A DNA stretch of 35,480 nt from Cyanobium sp. (GTDB taxonomy: Bacteria > Cyanobacteriota > Cyanobacteriia > PCC-6307 > Cyanobiaceae): positions 1 to 35,480 of the forward strand of contig JBIKTO010000001.1 in the NCBI GenBank assembly GCA_044348065.1. Reading direction: 5' to 3'. The translations under genes were made by a program, and so were the position numbers. Below the pieces are notes generated by a model. It did not search any database and was not told where the DNA came from. It saw only the letters and a list, made by a program, of their open reading frames with translations. How positions within the stretch are numbered: position 1 is the first letter of the stretch; the number at the start of each line of letters is the position of its first letter. Below, piece after piece: positions 1 to 9,281 of the stretch.

Positions 1-934
1 CGAACTGCTTGATCGGGTCGCGTTGGGCCCAGAACTCCTTTTCCGCCGGGGAGCGCAGTTCATCGGGATCGGCCAGGGAGTGGCCGCGGAAGCGGTAGGT
101 GAGGCACTCCAGCAGGGTGGGGCCCTCACCCACCCGTGCCCGCTCCAGGGCCCGCTGGGTGGCGGCTCGCACCGCCAGCACATCCATGCCGTCCACCTCT
201 TCGCCCGCCATGCCGAAGGCTGCGGCCTTGCGCCAGATCTCCGGGTCGCTGGTGGCGCGGTTGTGATCCATGCCGATCGCCCAACGATTGTTCTCGACCA
301 CGAACAGGATCGGCAGTTTCCAGAGCGAGGCCATGTTCAGGCACTCGTAGAACTGGCCCACATTGCAGGTGCCGTCGCCGAAGAAGGCTGCAGTCACCGA
401 ATCGCTGTCGCCCTGACCGAGGGCTTCCCGTTTGTAGCGGCTGGTGAAGGCGGCACCGAGCGCCACGGGGATGCCTTCGCCAATGAAGGCATAGCCACCC
501 AGCAGATGGTGCTCCTTCGAGAACAAGTGCATCGAGCCGCCGCGACCCTTGCTGCAGCCGGTGGCCTTGCCGAACAGCTCACTCATCACCTCCCGGGCCG
601 GAACGCCGCAGCTGAGGGCGTGGACGTGATCGCGGTAAGTGCTGCAGAACCAATCGTGCTGGCGCTGCATGGCCCGGATCACGCCGGTGCTGACCGCTTC
701 CTGACCGTTGTAAAGATGGACGAACCCAAACATCTTGCCGCGGTAATACATCTCCGCACACTTATCTTCGAAGCGTCTGCCGAGCACCATGTCGCGATAG
801 AGCATCAGCCCCTCCTCGCGGCTGATCGCCAGCAGCTCCGGGGGATAGAGGGACTGATGGCGCAGGGCATGGCTGCCCGCCTCGGGTGGGGCGGCCTCAG
901 CGGCGGCCTGGGCGGCGGCCATCTCCTGGGTCAT
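1..934 (-). CDS. pdhA: Pyruvate dehydrogenase E1 alpha subunit (3' end runs off the window)
   Basis: Not in the ORF track because there is no stop in the window. Manual translation from the minus-strand ATG at 934: MTQEMAAAQ...[37 protein letters not shown]...TYRDHVHAL...GRGGSMHLF...FFGDGT(TPP motif)...ENNRWAIG...[16 protein letters not shown]. Confidence 0.97.
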   Translation of the reverse strand, partial: MTQEMAAAQAAAEAAPPEAGSHALRHQSLYPPELLAISREEGLMLYRDMVLGRRFEDKCAEMYYRGKMFGFVHLYNGQEAVSTGVIRAMQRQHDWFCSTYRDHVHALSCGVPAREVMSELFGKATGCSKGRGGSMHLFSKEHHLLGGYAFIGEGIPVALGAAFTSRYKREALGQGDSDSVTAAFFGDGTCNVGQFYECLNMASLWKLPILFVVENNRWAIGMDHNRATSDPEIWRKAAAFGMAGEEVDGMDVLAVRAATQRALERARVGEGPTLLECLTYRFRGHSLADPDELRSPAEKEFWAQRDPIKQF

Positions 935-1040
935 GGCGGGCAGAGGACGGGTCGAGACCACGACTGTAGGAGGTCCGTCCCCGCGAAACGGTCAGAACGG
1001 CTGCCGCTGCCTACAGTCGCAGGCCAGACGCCAGGACGCG

Positions 1041-3050
1041 TTGGACCTGCCGATCGATCATTTCCGGCTGCTCGGGGTCGGTCCGTCGAGCGATGCCCAG
1101 ACCGTGCTCCGCACCCTCCAGTTGCGTCTGGATCGGCCGCCCACGGAGGGATTCACCGCCGAAACCCTGCAGTCCCGGGCCGAGCTGCTGCGCTCCAGCG
1201 CCGATCTGCTCAGCGATGCCCCCCGGCGCGCCGCCTACGAAGCCGATCTGACCGCCCTGGCCGGCAGCGCCGCGCCGGTGGTGCCCGTGCTGGAGATCCC
1301 GAGCACCAGGGAAGTGGGTGGACTGCTGCTGCTGCTGGAGGCCGACCTGGCCCTCGAAGCCTTCGAGATGGCCTGCGCCGGCCTCCAGCCTCCGCAGGCG
1401 CCGGCCCTGGGCAGCGGCCGGGAGGCCGACCTGGCCCTGCTGGCCGGCCTGGCCTGTCTCGGAGCCTGCCAGGAATTCGAGCAGCAGCGCCGCTACGAAC
1501 GGGCCGCCCTCGTCCTGCAGCAGGGCCTGCAGCTGCTCCAGCGCATGGGCCAGCGCCCCGACCTGCGGGAGCGGATGAACGGCGAGCTGGACCGGCTCAC
1601 CCCCTACCGGGTGCTCGATCTGCTCAACCGAGACCTGGGCGCCACCGCCGAGCGGCGCGAGGGCATGGCCCTGCTGGAGCAACTGGTGGAGCGCCGTGGG
1701 GGGCTGGAGGGGGACGATGACCCCAGCTTCCCCAGCGACGAATTCCGCACCTTCTTCAAGCAGATCCGAGCCCTGCTCACCGTGCAGGAGCAGGTCGACC
1801 TCTTCAGCCGCTGGGGCGACGCCGGCTCGCCGACGGCGGACTTCCTGGCGACCACGGCCCTCACCGCTTCGGGCTTCGCCCAGCGCAAGCCCGAGCGCAT
1901 CGCGGCGGCGCGGGAGCGGCTGCTGGCCAGCCAGCGCTCCGGCGTCGAACCCCTGCTGGCCAACCTCAGCCTGCTGCTGGGCGAGGTGGATACGGCCCGC
2001 GCCAGCTTCGAGACGGGCGCCTCCCGCGAGCTGCACGCCTGGGCCGCCCGGCAGAGCGGCGACCCTCTGGGCCAGCTGTGCGCTTACTGCCGCGACTGGC
2101 TGAGCCGGGATGTGCTTCCCGGCTACCGCGACCTGGAGGCGGATGCCGACCTGGATGCCTATTTCAGCGACCGGGATGTGGTCGCCTACGTCGAACGGGA
2201 GGACCGGATCAGCGGCCGCAGTTATGCCGCCGGATCAGCGGCTGTCGCGCCGGTGACCGCAGATCCGGCGGCGGGCAGCGGTGACTTCGCCTGGAACTTC
2301 CCGCCCCTCGACTTCGGCGAGGGGCCGCTCAGCCCCCTCTCGCAGAACCCGACCGGCAGGGCGGAAGATGACGACGAGGCCCCCCTCGGCCTGTCACTGC
2401 CACGGCTGGCGCTTCCGAAGGGGTCATGGTCGGGATGGGCGGCTTCGCGGCGGCCGGGACTGGCCGCCGGCGCGGCGGCCCTGGCGGCCCTGGCGTTGGC
2501 CGGCGGCTGGCTGCTGCGTCAACGGCCGGCCCCGCCACCCCGGACAGCACCGGCGCCCGCCGCCCCGCCACGGATCGTGGCCCGGCAGCCGGACCCGGCG
2601 CGGCCCGCCAGCCCACCGCCCCCGCTGGCCCAGGGGAACACCGCCGCGATCGTGGCGCTGCGGGCTCCGCAGCCCAGCGAAGCCCAGGTGCGTGGGCTGC
2701 TGGAGAGCTGGTTGCGCGCCAAAAGCCAGGTGCTCCGCGGTGGGGCCATGCCAGCGGGAATCGATGCCATCGCCCGTCCCGCCCAGGTGGAGCGCTTGGC
2801 CGCCGAACGCAGCGCCGATGCGGTGCGGGGCGAGACCCAGGCGATCGACGTCAGCGTGGCTGACCTGCGGATCGAGCAGACCTCTCCCGGCCGGATCGCC
2901 GCCACGGCAACGCTGCGGTACAGCGACCGGCGCCAGACCGACGCGGGTCGCGTGCTGGAAAGCACCCCAGTCCAGACGATCCGCAACGTCTACGTCTTCG
3001 GACGCGACGATGGCCAATGGCGCTTCGCCGCCCAGTCCCCCGCTCCCTGA
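1041..3050 (+). CDS. ftn2: Ftn2/ZipN (ARC6-like) cell division protein: J-like N-terminus, one TM segment, C-terminal IMS (DUF4101) domain
   Basis: TTG at 1041, in frame with ORF 933..3050 and preceded by AGGA at 1033-1036, gives MDLPIDHFRLLGV. Also RLTPYRVLDLL, FFKQIRALLTVQEQVDLF, ASGFAQRKPERI, a hydrophobic segment, a Pro-rich linker and WLRAKSQ...YVFGRDDGQWR. Confidence 0.9.
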   Translation: MDLPIDHFRLLGVGPSSDAQTVLRTLQLRLDRPPTEGFTAETLQSRAELLRSSADLLSDAPRRAAYEADLTALAGSAAPVVPVLEIPSTREVGGLLLLLEADLALEAFEMACAGLQPPQAPALGSGREADLALLAGLACLGACQEFEQQRRYERAALVLQQGLQLLQRMGQRPDLRERMNGELDRLTPYRVLDLLNRDLGATAERREGMALLEQLVERRGGLEGDDDPSFPSDEFRTFFKQIRALLTVQEQVDLFSRWGDAGSPTADFLATTALTASGFAQRKPERIAAARERLLASQRSGVEPLLANLSLLLGEVDTARASFETGASRELHAWAARQSGDPLGQLCAYCRDWLSRDVLPGYRDLEADADLDAYFSDRDVVAYVEREDRISGRSYAAGSAAVAPVTADPAAGSGDFAWNFPPLDFGEGPLSPLSQNPTGRAEDDDEAPLGLSLPRLALPKGSWSGWAASRRPGLAAGAAALAALALAGGWLLRQRPAPPPRTAPAPAAPPRIVARQPDPARPASPPPPLAQGNTAAIVALRAPQPSEAQVRGLLESWLRAKSQVLRGGAMPAGIDAIARPAQVERLAAERSADAVRGETQAIDVSVADLRIEQTSPGRIAATATLRYSDRRQTDAGRVLESTPVQTIRNVYVFGRDDGQWRFAAQSPAP

Positions 3051-3063
3051 ATCCTCCCCCCGC

Positions 3064-4527
3064 ATGTTCGACGAGCTCTCCCAGCGTTTCGAAGCGGCCG
3101 TCAAAGGTCTGCGCGGCCAGGCCACGATCTCGGAAACCAACGTCGACGCCGCCCTGAAGGAGGTGCGGCGAGCCCTGCTGGAGGCCGATGTGAGCCTGCC
3201 GGTGGTCAAGGACTTCGTCGACGAGGTGCGGCGCCGGGCGATCGGCGCGGAGGTGGTGCGGGGCGTCAGCCCCGATCAGAAGTTCATTCAGCTGGTGCAT
3301 GAGCAGCTGGTGGACACCATGGGGGGGGAGAACGCCCCCCTGGCCAGGGCCAGCGACGGGCCGGCGGTGATCCTGATGGCGGGCCTGCAGGGGGCGGGCA
3401 AGACCACCGCCACCGCCAAGCTCGGGCTGCATCTGAAGGAACAGGGACGCCGCGCCCTGCTGGTCGCCGCGGACGTCTACCGACCCGCCGCCATCGAGCA
3501 GCTCAAGACCCTGGGCGCCCAGATCGGGGTGGAGGTGTTCAGCCTGGGGGCCGACACCCGCCCGGAAGAGATCGCCGCCGCCGGGGTGAGCAAGGGGCGT
3601 GCGGAGGGATTCGACACGGTGCTGGTGGACACCGCCGGCCGTCTCCAGATCGATGAATCGATGATGGAGGAGATGGTGCGCATCCGTGAGGCCGTCCACC
3701 CCGACGACGTGTTGCTGGTGGTCGACGCGATGATCGGCCAGGAGGCGGCCGAATTGACGCGCGCCTTCCACGAGCGGGTGGGCATCACCGGAGCGGTGCT
3801 CACCAAGCTGGACGGTGATTCCCGGGGTGGCGCCGCCCTCTCGATCCGCAAGGTGAGTGGCGCCCCGATCAAGTTCATCGGCACCGGGGAGAAGGTGGAG
3901 GCGCTGCAGCCCTTCCATCCCGAGCGGATGGCCAGTCGCATCCTTGGCATGGGCGATGTGCTCACCCTGGTGGAGAAGGCCCAGAAGGAGGTGGAGCTGG
4001 CCGATGTGGCCCGCATGCAGCAGAAGCTGCAGGAAGCCAGCTTCGACTTCTCCGATTTCGTGCAGCAGATGCGCCTGATCAAGCGCATGGGCTCCCTCGG
4101 AGGGCTGATGAAATTGATCCCTGGGATGAACAAGATCGATGACGGCATGCTCAAACAGGGAGAACAGCAGCTCAAGCGGATCGAAGCGATGATCGCTTCG
4201 ATGACCGAGGGTGAACGGCGCGATCCCGATCTGCTCGCCGCCTCTCCCTCCCGCCGTCGCCGCATCGCCGGCGGCAGCGGCCACACGGCCGCCGATGTGG
4301 ACAAAGTGCTGGCCGACTTCCAGAAGATGCGCGGCTTCATGCAGCAGATGACCCGTGGTGGCATGCCCGGAATGCCAGGCATGGGGGGCGGTTTCCCAGG
4401 GATGGGCGGCTTTCCAGGGATGGGCGGGGCGCCTGGGATGGGAGCTCAGCCAGGAGCGCCTGGCCGCGGCCAGGCGGCGAAAGCGCCGCGGCCGAAGAAA
4501 CCCCGCAAGGGGTTTGGTGATCTCTGA
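3064..4527 (+). CDS. ffh: Signal recognition particle protein Ffh
   Basis: ATG at 3064 ([10 protein letters not shown]); [43 protein letters not shown] and a Met-rich M domain. Confidence 0.98.
   Translation: MFDELSQRFEAAVKGLRGQATISETNVDAALKEVRRALLEADVSLPVVKDFVDEVRRRAIGAEVVRGVSPDQKFIQLVHEQLVDTMGGENAPLARASDGPAVILMAGLQGAGKTTATAKLGLHLKEQGRRALLVAADVYRPAAIEQLKTLGAQIGVEVFSLGADTRPEEIAAAGVSKGRAEGFDTVLVDTAGRLQIDESMMEEMVRIREAVHPDDVLLVVDAMIGQEAAELTRAFHERVGITGAVLTKLDGDSRGGAALSIRKVSGAPIKFIGTGEKVEALQPFHPERMASRILGMGDVLTLVEKAQKEVELADVARMQQKLQEASFDFSDFVQQMRLIKRMGSLGGLMKLIPGMNKIDDGMLKQGEQQLKRIEAMIASMTEGERRDPDLLAASPSRRRRIAGGSGHTAADVDKVLADFQKMRGFMQQMTRGGMPGMPGMGGGFPGMGGFPGMGGAPGMGAQPGAPGRGQAAKAPRPKKPRKGFGDL
4357..4443 (+). 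repeat. Low-complexity Gly/Met/Pro repeat in the Ffh C-terminal tail
   Basis: Encodes [29 protein letters not shown]; includes imperfect 18-bp units ggcggtttcccagggatg / ggcggctttccagggatg. Confidence 0.75.
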
Positions 4528-4603
4528 GCGCAGGCGATCCGCAGGGGCTCGATGCCACGTGGAGCTTGCCAGCAGTCGTGCCTGAACAGGCCGCCAGGCC
4601 CGA

Positions 4604-4612
4604 TGGTAGGTT
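4604..4612 (+). promoter_or_regulatory. Possible extended -10 element upstream of rpsP
   Basis: TGgTAGGTT (TGn + TANNNT) about 30 nt upstream of the rpsP ATG; no -35 recognised. Confidence 0.25.
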
Positions 4613-4643
4613 GATCTGTCGCCAGATTCCTGATCCAGAGCCA

Positions 4644-5072
4644 ATGATCAAGCTCCGCCTGAAGCGGTTCGGCAAGAAGCGGGAAGCGAGTTTCCGCCTC
4701 GTGGCCACCAACAGCACGTCCCGTCGAGACGGCAGGCCGCTCGAGGAGCTCGGCTTCTACAACCCTCGGACCAAGGCCACCCTGCTGGACACCGAAGCCA
4801 TCCGCCTCCGTCTCAGCCAGGGCGCCCAGCCCACCGACTCGGTGCGCTCGCTTCTGGAGAAGGGCGGTCTGCTGGAGCGGACCATCAGGCCTGGGGAGAC
4901 CGTCGGTAAAGCCAAGCAGGCCGCCGCCCGCGAGGCGGCGGCCCAGGAGGCCCGCAAGGCCGAAGCCGAGGCAGCGGCTGCCAAGGCCGCCGCTGAGGCT
5001 GAAGCGGCCGCCGCCGCTGAGGCAGCCGCCGCTGCCGGCGACACGTCGGAGGGGGACACCCCAGAGGCGTGA
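4644..5072 (+). CDS. rpsP: 30S ribosomal protein S16 with Ala/Glu-rich C-terminal extension
   Basis: ATG at 4644: [42 protein letters not shown]...[14 protein letters not shown]; ffh-rpsP order. Confidence 0.98.
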   Translation: MIKLRLKRFGKKREASFRLVATNSTSRRDGRPLEELGFYNPRTKATLLDTEAIRLRLSQGAQPTDSVRSLLEKGGLLERTIRPGETVGKAKQAAAREAAAQEARKAEAEAAAAKAAAEAEAAAAAEAAAAAGDTSEGDTPEA

Positions 5073-5088
5073 GCCAAGGTGCCCCGTT

Positions 5089-6090
5089 CTGAGCGAGTTC
5101 TCTCCCATTCCCCTCTCCTCTGACGCCGACAGCGGTGGGGTCGTTGCCCTGCCCCTGGCCAGCCCCACCGCCGCCCTGGCCCTGGCCGGCGAGGCGGGAG
5201 CCACCCTGAGGAGACTGGAGGCCCTCACCGGGGCTTCCCTGGTGCTGCGGGGTCAGGAGTTGCACCTTGAGGGGCGCCCTGCCCAGGTGCGGCGGGTCCG
5301 GGACCTGATCGAACTGCTACGCCCGCTCTGGGAAGCGGGGGAACGCATCGAACTGGTCGACATCCAGGCGGCGCTCACCGCTCTCGACACCGGCCGGGGC
5401 GAGCAGCATCAGGAACTGGGCCGGCAGGTGCTGGCGGTGAGTCGCACAGGACGGCAGCTGAGGCCCCGCACCGCCGGCCAGAAGCGCTTCGTCGACGCCA
5501 TCGACCGCCATCCCCTCACCCTGGCGATCGGACCGGCCGGCACCGGCAAGACCTTCCTGGCCACCGTGCAGGCCGTGCGCATGCTTCAGGAGCGGAAGGT
5601 GGAGCGCCTGGTGCTCACCCGTCCCGCCGTTGAAGCGGGGGAACGGCTGGGCTTTCTGCCAGGAGATCTGCAACAGAAGGTGGATCCCTACCTGCGGCCC
5701 CTCTACGACGCCCTGCACATGCTCCTGGGGCGCGAACGCACCGAGCAGCTTCAGGAGAAGGGCGTGATCGAGATCGCGCCGCTGGCCTACATGCGCGGCC
5801 GCACCCTTGCCGATGCCTTTGTGATCCTGGATGAAGCCCAGAACACCACCACGGCCCAGATGCGGATGGCCCTCACCCGTCTGGGCGAGAACGCCTGCAT
5901 GGTGGTGACCGGCGACATCACCCAGATCGATCTGCCGCCTGGCCAGCTCAGCGGACTGGTGGAAGCGGAACAGGTGCTTGCCGGGGTGGAGGGGGTGGCG
6001 ATCTGCCGCTTCGGGGAGGCCGACGTGGTGCGCCACCCGCTCGTGCAGCGGCTTGTCCATGCCTACGCACGCCAGGACAGGCAGCGATAG
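5089..6090 (+). CDS. phoH: PhoH-family (YbeZ-like) ATPase; start uncertain (CTG 5089 proposed, first canonical start is GTG 5242)
   Basis: GPAGTGKT, TRPAVEAGERLGFLPGDL, DPYLRPLYDAL, APLAYMRGRTL, ILDEAQN, VVRHPLV. The frame is open upstream of 5242 and reads ...AALALAGEAGATLRRLEALTGASLVLRG. Confidence 0.92.
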   Translation: MSEFSPIPLSSDADSGGVVALPLASPTAALALAGEAGATLRRLEALTGASLVLRGQELHLEGRPAQVRRVRDLIELLRPLWEAGERIELVDIQAALTALDTGRGEQHQELGRQVLAVSRTGRQLRPRTAGQKRFVDAIDRHPLTLAIGPAGTGKTFLATVQAVRMLQERKVERLVLTRPAVEAGERLGFLPGDLQQKVDPYLRPLYDALHMLLGRERTEQLQEKGVIEIAPLAYMRGRTLADAFVILDEAQNTTTAQMRMALTRLGENACMVVTGDITQIDLPPGQLSGLVEAEQVLAGVEGVAICRFGEADVVRHPLVQRLVHAYARQDRQR

Positions 6091-6168
6091 GGAGATCCGC
6101 ACAGGCCGGGGCAACGGGGTTCCGGCGTGGCTGGCAGGATAGGTGAAGTTTCCGCAAACCCAGCCGCC

Positions 6169-6897
6169 ATGCCGGCCAGCAGCAATTTCCAACAAGCCAT
6201 TCAGGAGGCCCAGTACGGCGGCCTCGTCGGCCCCAACGTCGTCCGTAAGGCCCTGCCTTACGTGGGCGGCGGCATGGTTCTCACCGCCGCAGGGGTGCTG
6301 GGCGGCCTTTCGATGATCGGAACGCCGATCTTCCAGCCCCTGTTCATTGCGGCGATCATCGCCAACCTGATTCTGTTCTTCGTCTGCCAGAACGTTGCCC
6401 TCAAGGGAAACAACGGCACGGCGCTGCCCCTGCTGGCCACCTACAGCCTGATCACCGGCTTCACCCTCAGCGGTCTGGTGGCCATGGCCAACTTCGTGGC
6501 AGGCATCGGGGCCGTCGGCACGGCGGCCCTCGCCACAGGCATCACCTTCGTGATCGCCTCCGTGGTGGGTCGGCGGATGAGTGACAGCGTCGGTCAGGCC
6601 CTGACAGCCGCCGTCGGGCTGGGCATCGTCGGCCTGCTGATCGCGATGGTGATTCAGCTGGTCGGCTCGATCTTTATTCCCGGCTTCGGCGGCCAGGGCT
6701 TTGAGCTGCTGATCGCCGGCTTCGGCACGGTGCTTTTCGTGGGCGCTGCCTTCGTGGACTTCTACACGATGCCCCGCAGCTACCGCGACGATCAGTATCT
6801 TGCCGGGGCCCTCGGCATGTATCTCACCTACATCAATCTCTTCATCTTCATTCTGAGACTCATCATCGCTTTACAAGGTGGTGGCCGGCGCGACTGA
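6169..6897 (+). CDS. Bax inhibitor-1/YccA family integral membrane protein
   Basis: ATG at 6169 (MPASSNFQQAI); about 7 hydrophobic segments; C-terminal ALGMYLTYINLFIFILRL is typical of the family. Confidence 0.9.
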   Translation: MPASSNFQQAIQEAQYGGLVGPNVVRKALPYVGGGMVLTAAGVLGGLSMIGTPIFQPLFIAAIIANLILFFVCQNVALKGNNGTALPLLATYSLITGFTLSGLVAMANFVAGIGAVGTAALATGITFVIASVVGRRMSDSVGQALTAAVGLGIVGLLIAMVIQLVGSIFIPGFGGQGFELLIAGFGTVLFVGAAFVDFYTMPRSYRDDQYLAGALGMYLTYINLFIFILRLIIALQGGGRRD

Positions 6898-6931
6898 TCG
6901 TCGCCACCTTCCCTCAACCTGCTGATTCACC

Positions 6932-6958
6932 AGGGCCTGTGCTACAGGCCCTTTTTTT
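6932..6958 (+). terminator. Rho-independent terminator
   Basis: AGGGCCTGT-gct-ACAGGCCCT inverted repeat (6932-6952) running into a 7-T tract (6952-6958), 35 nt after the stop at 6897. Confidence 0.9.
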
Positions 6959-7068
6959 GGACGTGGGCCAACACCATCCTGGACCAGCCTTCAAGCTGAT
7001 CCCCAAGGATGCGGGAGCGGGAAATTCAGCCTTAATCTTGTAGAGATCAATCGAGCTGGTGAGCCGCT

Positions 7069-8115
7069 GTGAGGGTGTTGGTGACGGGGGGAGCTGGATA
7101 CATCGGCAGCCACGCCGTGCGAGCCCTCTGCAGGGCAGGTCATCAGGTGGCCGTGCTCGATAACCTCGTGTACGGCCATAAGGAGATCGTTGAAGCTGAG
7201 CTGGCAGTGCCGCTGGTGACAGGCCAGGTTGGTGACCGGCAGCTGCTGGATGCTGTGCTCCAGGGGGCCCACCCGGCCCTGGCGGGCAGCGGACTGGAGG
7301 GGCGACCGGTCGAAGCCGTGCTCCACTTCGCGGCCTATGCCTACGTGGGTGAGTCTGTCAGTGATCCCGCCAAGTACTACCGCAACAACCTCGGCGACAC
7401 CCTCTGCCTGCTGGAGGCTCTGATCGCCTCCCCGGCCAGGATTCCAATCGTGTTTTCCTCCACCTGTGCCACCTACGGCGTCCCCCAGCAGGTTCCGATC
7501 ACCGAGGATCACCCCCAGGATCCGATCAATCCCTACGGACGCAGCAAGTGGATGGTGGAGCGATTGCTGATCGACTTTGCAGCCGCCTACGGACTGCCAA
7601 GCGTGATCTTTCGCTATTTCAATGCAGCCGGCGCCGATCCACAGGGCGGCCTGGGTGAGGACCACACCCCGGAGACCCACCTGATCCCACGGGTGTTGGA
7701 TGTGATGAGTGGTCGCGAACCCTACTTGCAGATCTTCGGTGACGACTATCCAACCCCCGATGGCACCTGCATCCGTGATTACATCCACGTCAGCGATCTG
7801 GCCGATGCCCATGTGCTGGGGCTGGAGCGGCTGCTGCGCCTGCGGGAACGGCAGGAGAAGGTGCTGGCGCCCTTGATCTTCAACCTGGGCAACGGCACCG
7901 GTTACTCTGTCCAGGAGGTGATTGAAACGGCCAAGAAGGTCACAGGCCGCGGCTTGCTGGCCCACGTCGCCCCCCGCCGCAAAGGGGATCCCGCCCAACT
8001 GGTGGCCGGGGCCGACAAGGCCCATCAGGAGCTGGGCTGGCGGCCTCGCTACCCGGAACTTGGCACCATCATTGAACACGCCTGGAGCTGGCACCGCCAG
8101 CGGCATGGATCTTAA
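7069..8115 (+). CDS. galE: UDP-glucose 4-epimerase
   Basis: GTG start; VTGGAGYIGSH, HFAAYAYVGESV, FSSTCATYG, PYGRSK (YxxxK), FRYFNAAGA, DGTCIRDYIHVSDLADAH. Confidence 0.95.
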   Translation: MRVLVTGGAGYIGSHAVRALCRAGHQVAVLDNLVYGHKEIVEAELAVPLVTGQVGDRQLLDAVLQGAHPALAGSGLEGRPVEAVLHFAAYAYVGESVSDPAKYYRNNLGDTLCLLEALIASPARIPIVFSSTCATYGVPQQVPITEDHPQDPINPYGRSKWMVERLLIDFAAAYGLPSVIFRYFNAAGADPQGGLGEDHTPETHLIPRVLDVMSGREPYLQIFGDDYPTPDGTCIRDYIHVSDLADAHVLGLERLLRLRERQEKVLAPLIFNLGNGTGYSVQEVIETAKKVTGRGLLAHVAPRRKGDPAQLVAGADKAHQELGWRPRYPELGTIIEHAWSWHRQRHGS

Positions 8116-9194
8116 GGCCGGGAGGGCCAGGGTCGGGCCAAAGGCTCGCCGACGAACAGTCCCTGGTCAGGCATCGCCACGCTGCGCCAGTAAGCCTCCA
8201 GCAAGGTGTCACCCCGGTGGTAATAGGCCAACAGCAAAGCCGGATCAGGAAACTTTTCTCGGTAGTTGCAGGGCTCGACCACGGTCCCGAAACTGCCCGT
8301 CACCCCGGCATCCAGCCAGCGCAAAACACTCATCTGGGAGGAATTGCCCGTCAACTGACCGCCATAGGAGGTGAGGTGATCCGCCACCGCTCCCGGACGG
8401 AATTGGTTGGCGTTGATCTCAGGCACCTGGGCCAGACCGGTGAAGTACGCCATCACATCCCTGGCCCCCCGCAACACGTCCCCCCGAACCACCCGCACCC
8501 GGAAGCCGCTGCCCACAGCGGCCTGAACCTGGTCGTAGCCAACGGCCCTGACGTTCCGGGCCGGGTCGGAGGTGCTGAGCAGGTAGGCGGTGCCTGGAGG
8601 CGCTGTGCCGTCGGCGGCCACCCCCCGGGCGATCAGGCGCATGCCTGCGGTCAGATCGGAGGCGGCCAGCAACATGCTCGGCCGCAGGCGCAGCTCGTCC
8701 CAGGGACGCCCAATGTCGCCGCGGGCGTGATAGCGGCTGATCCGGGTTGGACGGCAGGTGTTGCGGCAGTCGCCGCCATCCAGCCCAAGGCTGACCGCTG
8801 AGGTGATCGACTGACAGCCCACGCGCCAGGGGCTGGTCCAGGCCAGGGCATAGGCCTGGACGTGGGCCGGTGTCCGCCGATGCAACTGCCGTTGCAGGCG
8901 CAGGAAGGATTCGCGACCAAGATCCGCCTGGCCCGTGGGCAGCCTGACCCGGATCACCTGGGCCTGAGGAATGCGTCGTTGCCGCTGATAGAGAGTGCCG
9001 AGGGCCTCACTGAGCGGGTCGGCCTCATTGATCACCAGGGCCAGATGGCGGCGATCCAGCGGTCCGCCCTGGGGCTGATCGGCAGCGATCATGCCCGGCA
9101 GGGGCAGCGACCGGTCGGCGGCAAGACCACCGACCACAGCCAGCAGCGAGAGCATCAGCGCGGTGGACATGGGCAGCGAGCGAGCCAAAACCAT
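8112..9194 (-). CDS. TIGR03790-like exported protein (exosortase-associated family); start could be 9206, 9194 or 9170
   Basis: Signal-peptide-like N-terminus; LALVINEADPLS, PWRVGCQSITSA, LRPSMLLA, FRPGAVADHLTSYGG, WLDAGVTGSFGTVVEPCNYREKFP, GDTLLEAYWRSV, GLFVGEPLARPW match my recollection of this family. Confidence 0.8.
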   Translation of the reverse strand: MVLARSLPMSTALMLSLLAVVGGLAADRSLPLPGMIAADQPQGGPLDRRHLALVINEADPLSEALGTLYQRQRRIPQAQVIRVRLPTGQADLGRESFLRLQRQLHRRTPAHVQAYALAWTSPWRVGCQSITSAVSLGLDGGDCRNTCRPTRISRYHARGDIGRPWDELRLRPSMLLAASDLTAGMRLIARGVAADGTAPPGTAYLLSTSDPARNVRAVGYDQVQAAVGSGFRVRVVRGDVLRGARDVMAYFTGLAQVPEINANQFRPGAVADHLTSYGGQLTGNSSQMSVLRWLDAGVTGSFGTVVEPCNYREKFPDPALLLAYYHRGDTLLEAYWRSVAMPDQGLFVGEPLARPWPSRP

Positions 9195-9271
9195 GCCTTG
9201 GCTCAAACCAGCCCAAGGGAGCTGCAGCTTGGCGGGCTGACCCAGGGATGGAGGTGGGGACCGACTACGGG

Positions 9272-9279
9272 ATTATAAA
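9272..9279. promoter_or_regulatory. Overlapping -10-like boxes between divergent genes
   Basis: ATTATAAA: TATAAT on the minus strand (9272-9277) and TATAAA on the plus strand (9274-9279), an AT-rich patch in GC-rich DNA. Confidence 0.4.
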
Positions 9280-9281
9280 AG

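Noticed and set aside
933-1040. ATG 933 as the ftn2 start
   Set aside because: Overlaps the pdhA start and leaves no promoter space; the recognisable sequence begins at TTG 1041.
23-1720. 565-aa plus-strand ORF
   Set aside because: Antisense shadow of pdhA running into an alternate frame of ftn2; no motifs.
2281-3063. Apparent 260-aa N-terminal extension of Ffh
   Set aside because: Alternate-frame overlap with ftn2, Arg/Pro-rich; Ffh starts at ATG 3064.
4900-5060. Ala/Glu-rich repeats at the end of rpsP
   Set aside because: Low-complexity S16 tails are common; not a separate element.
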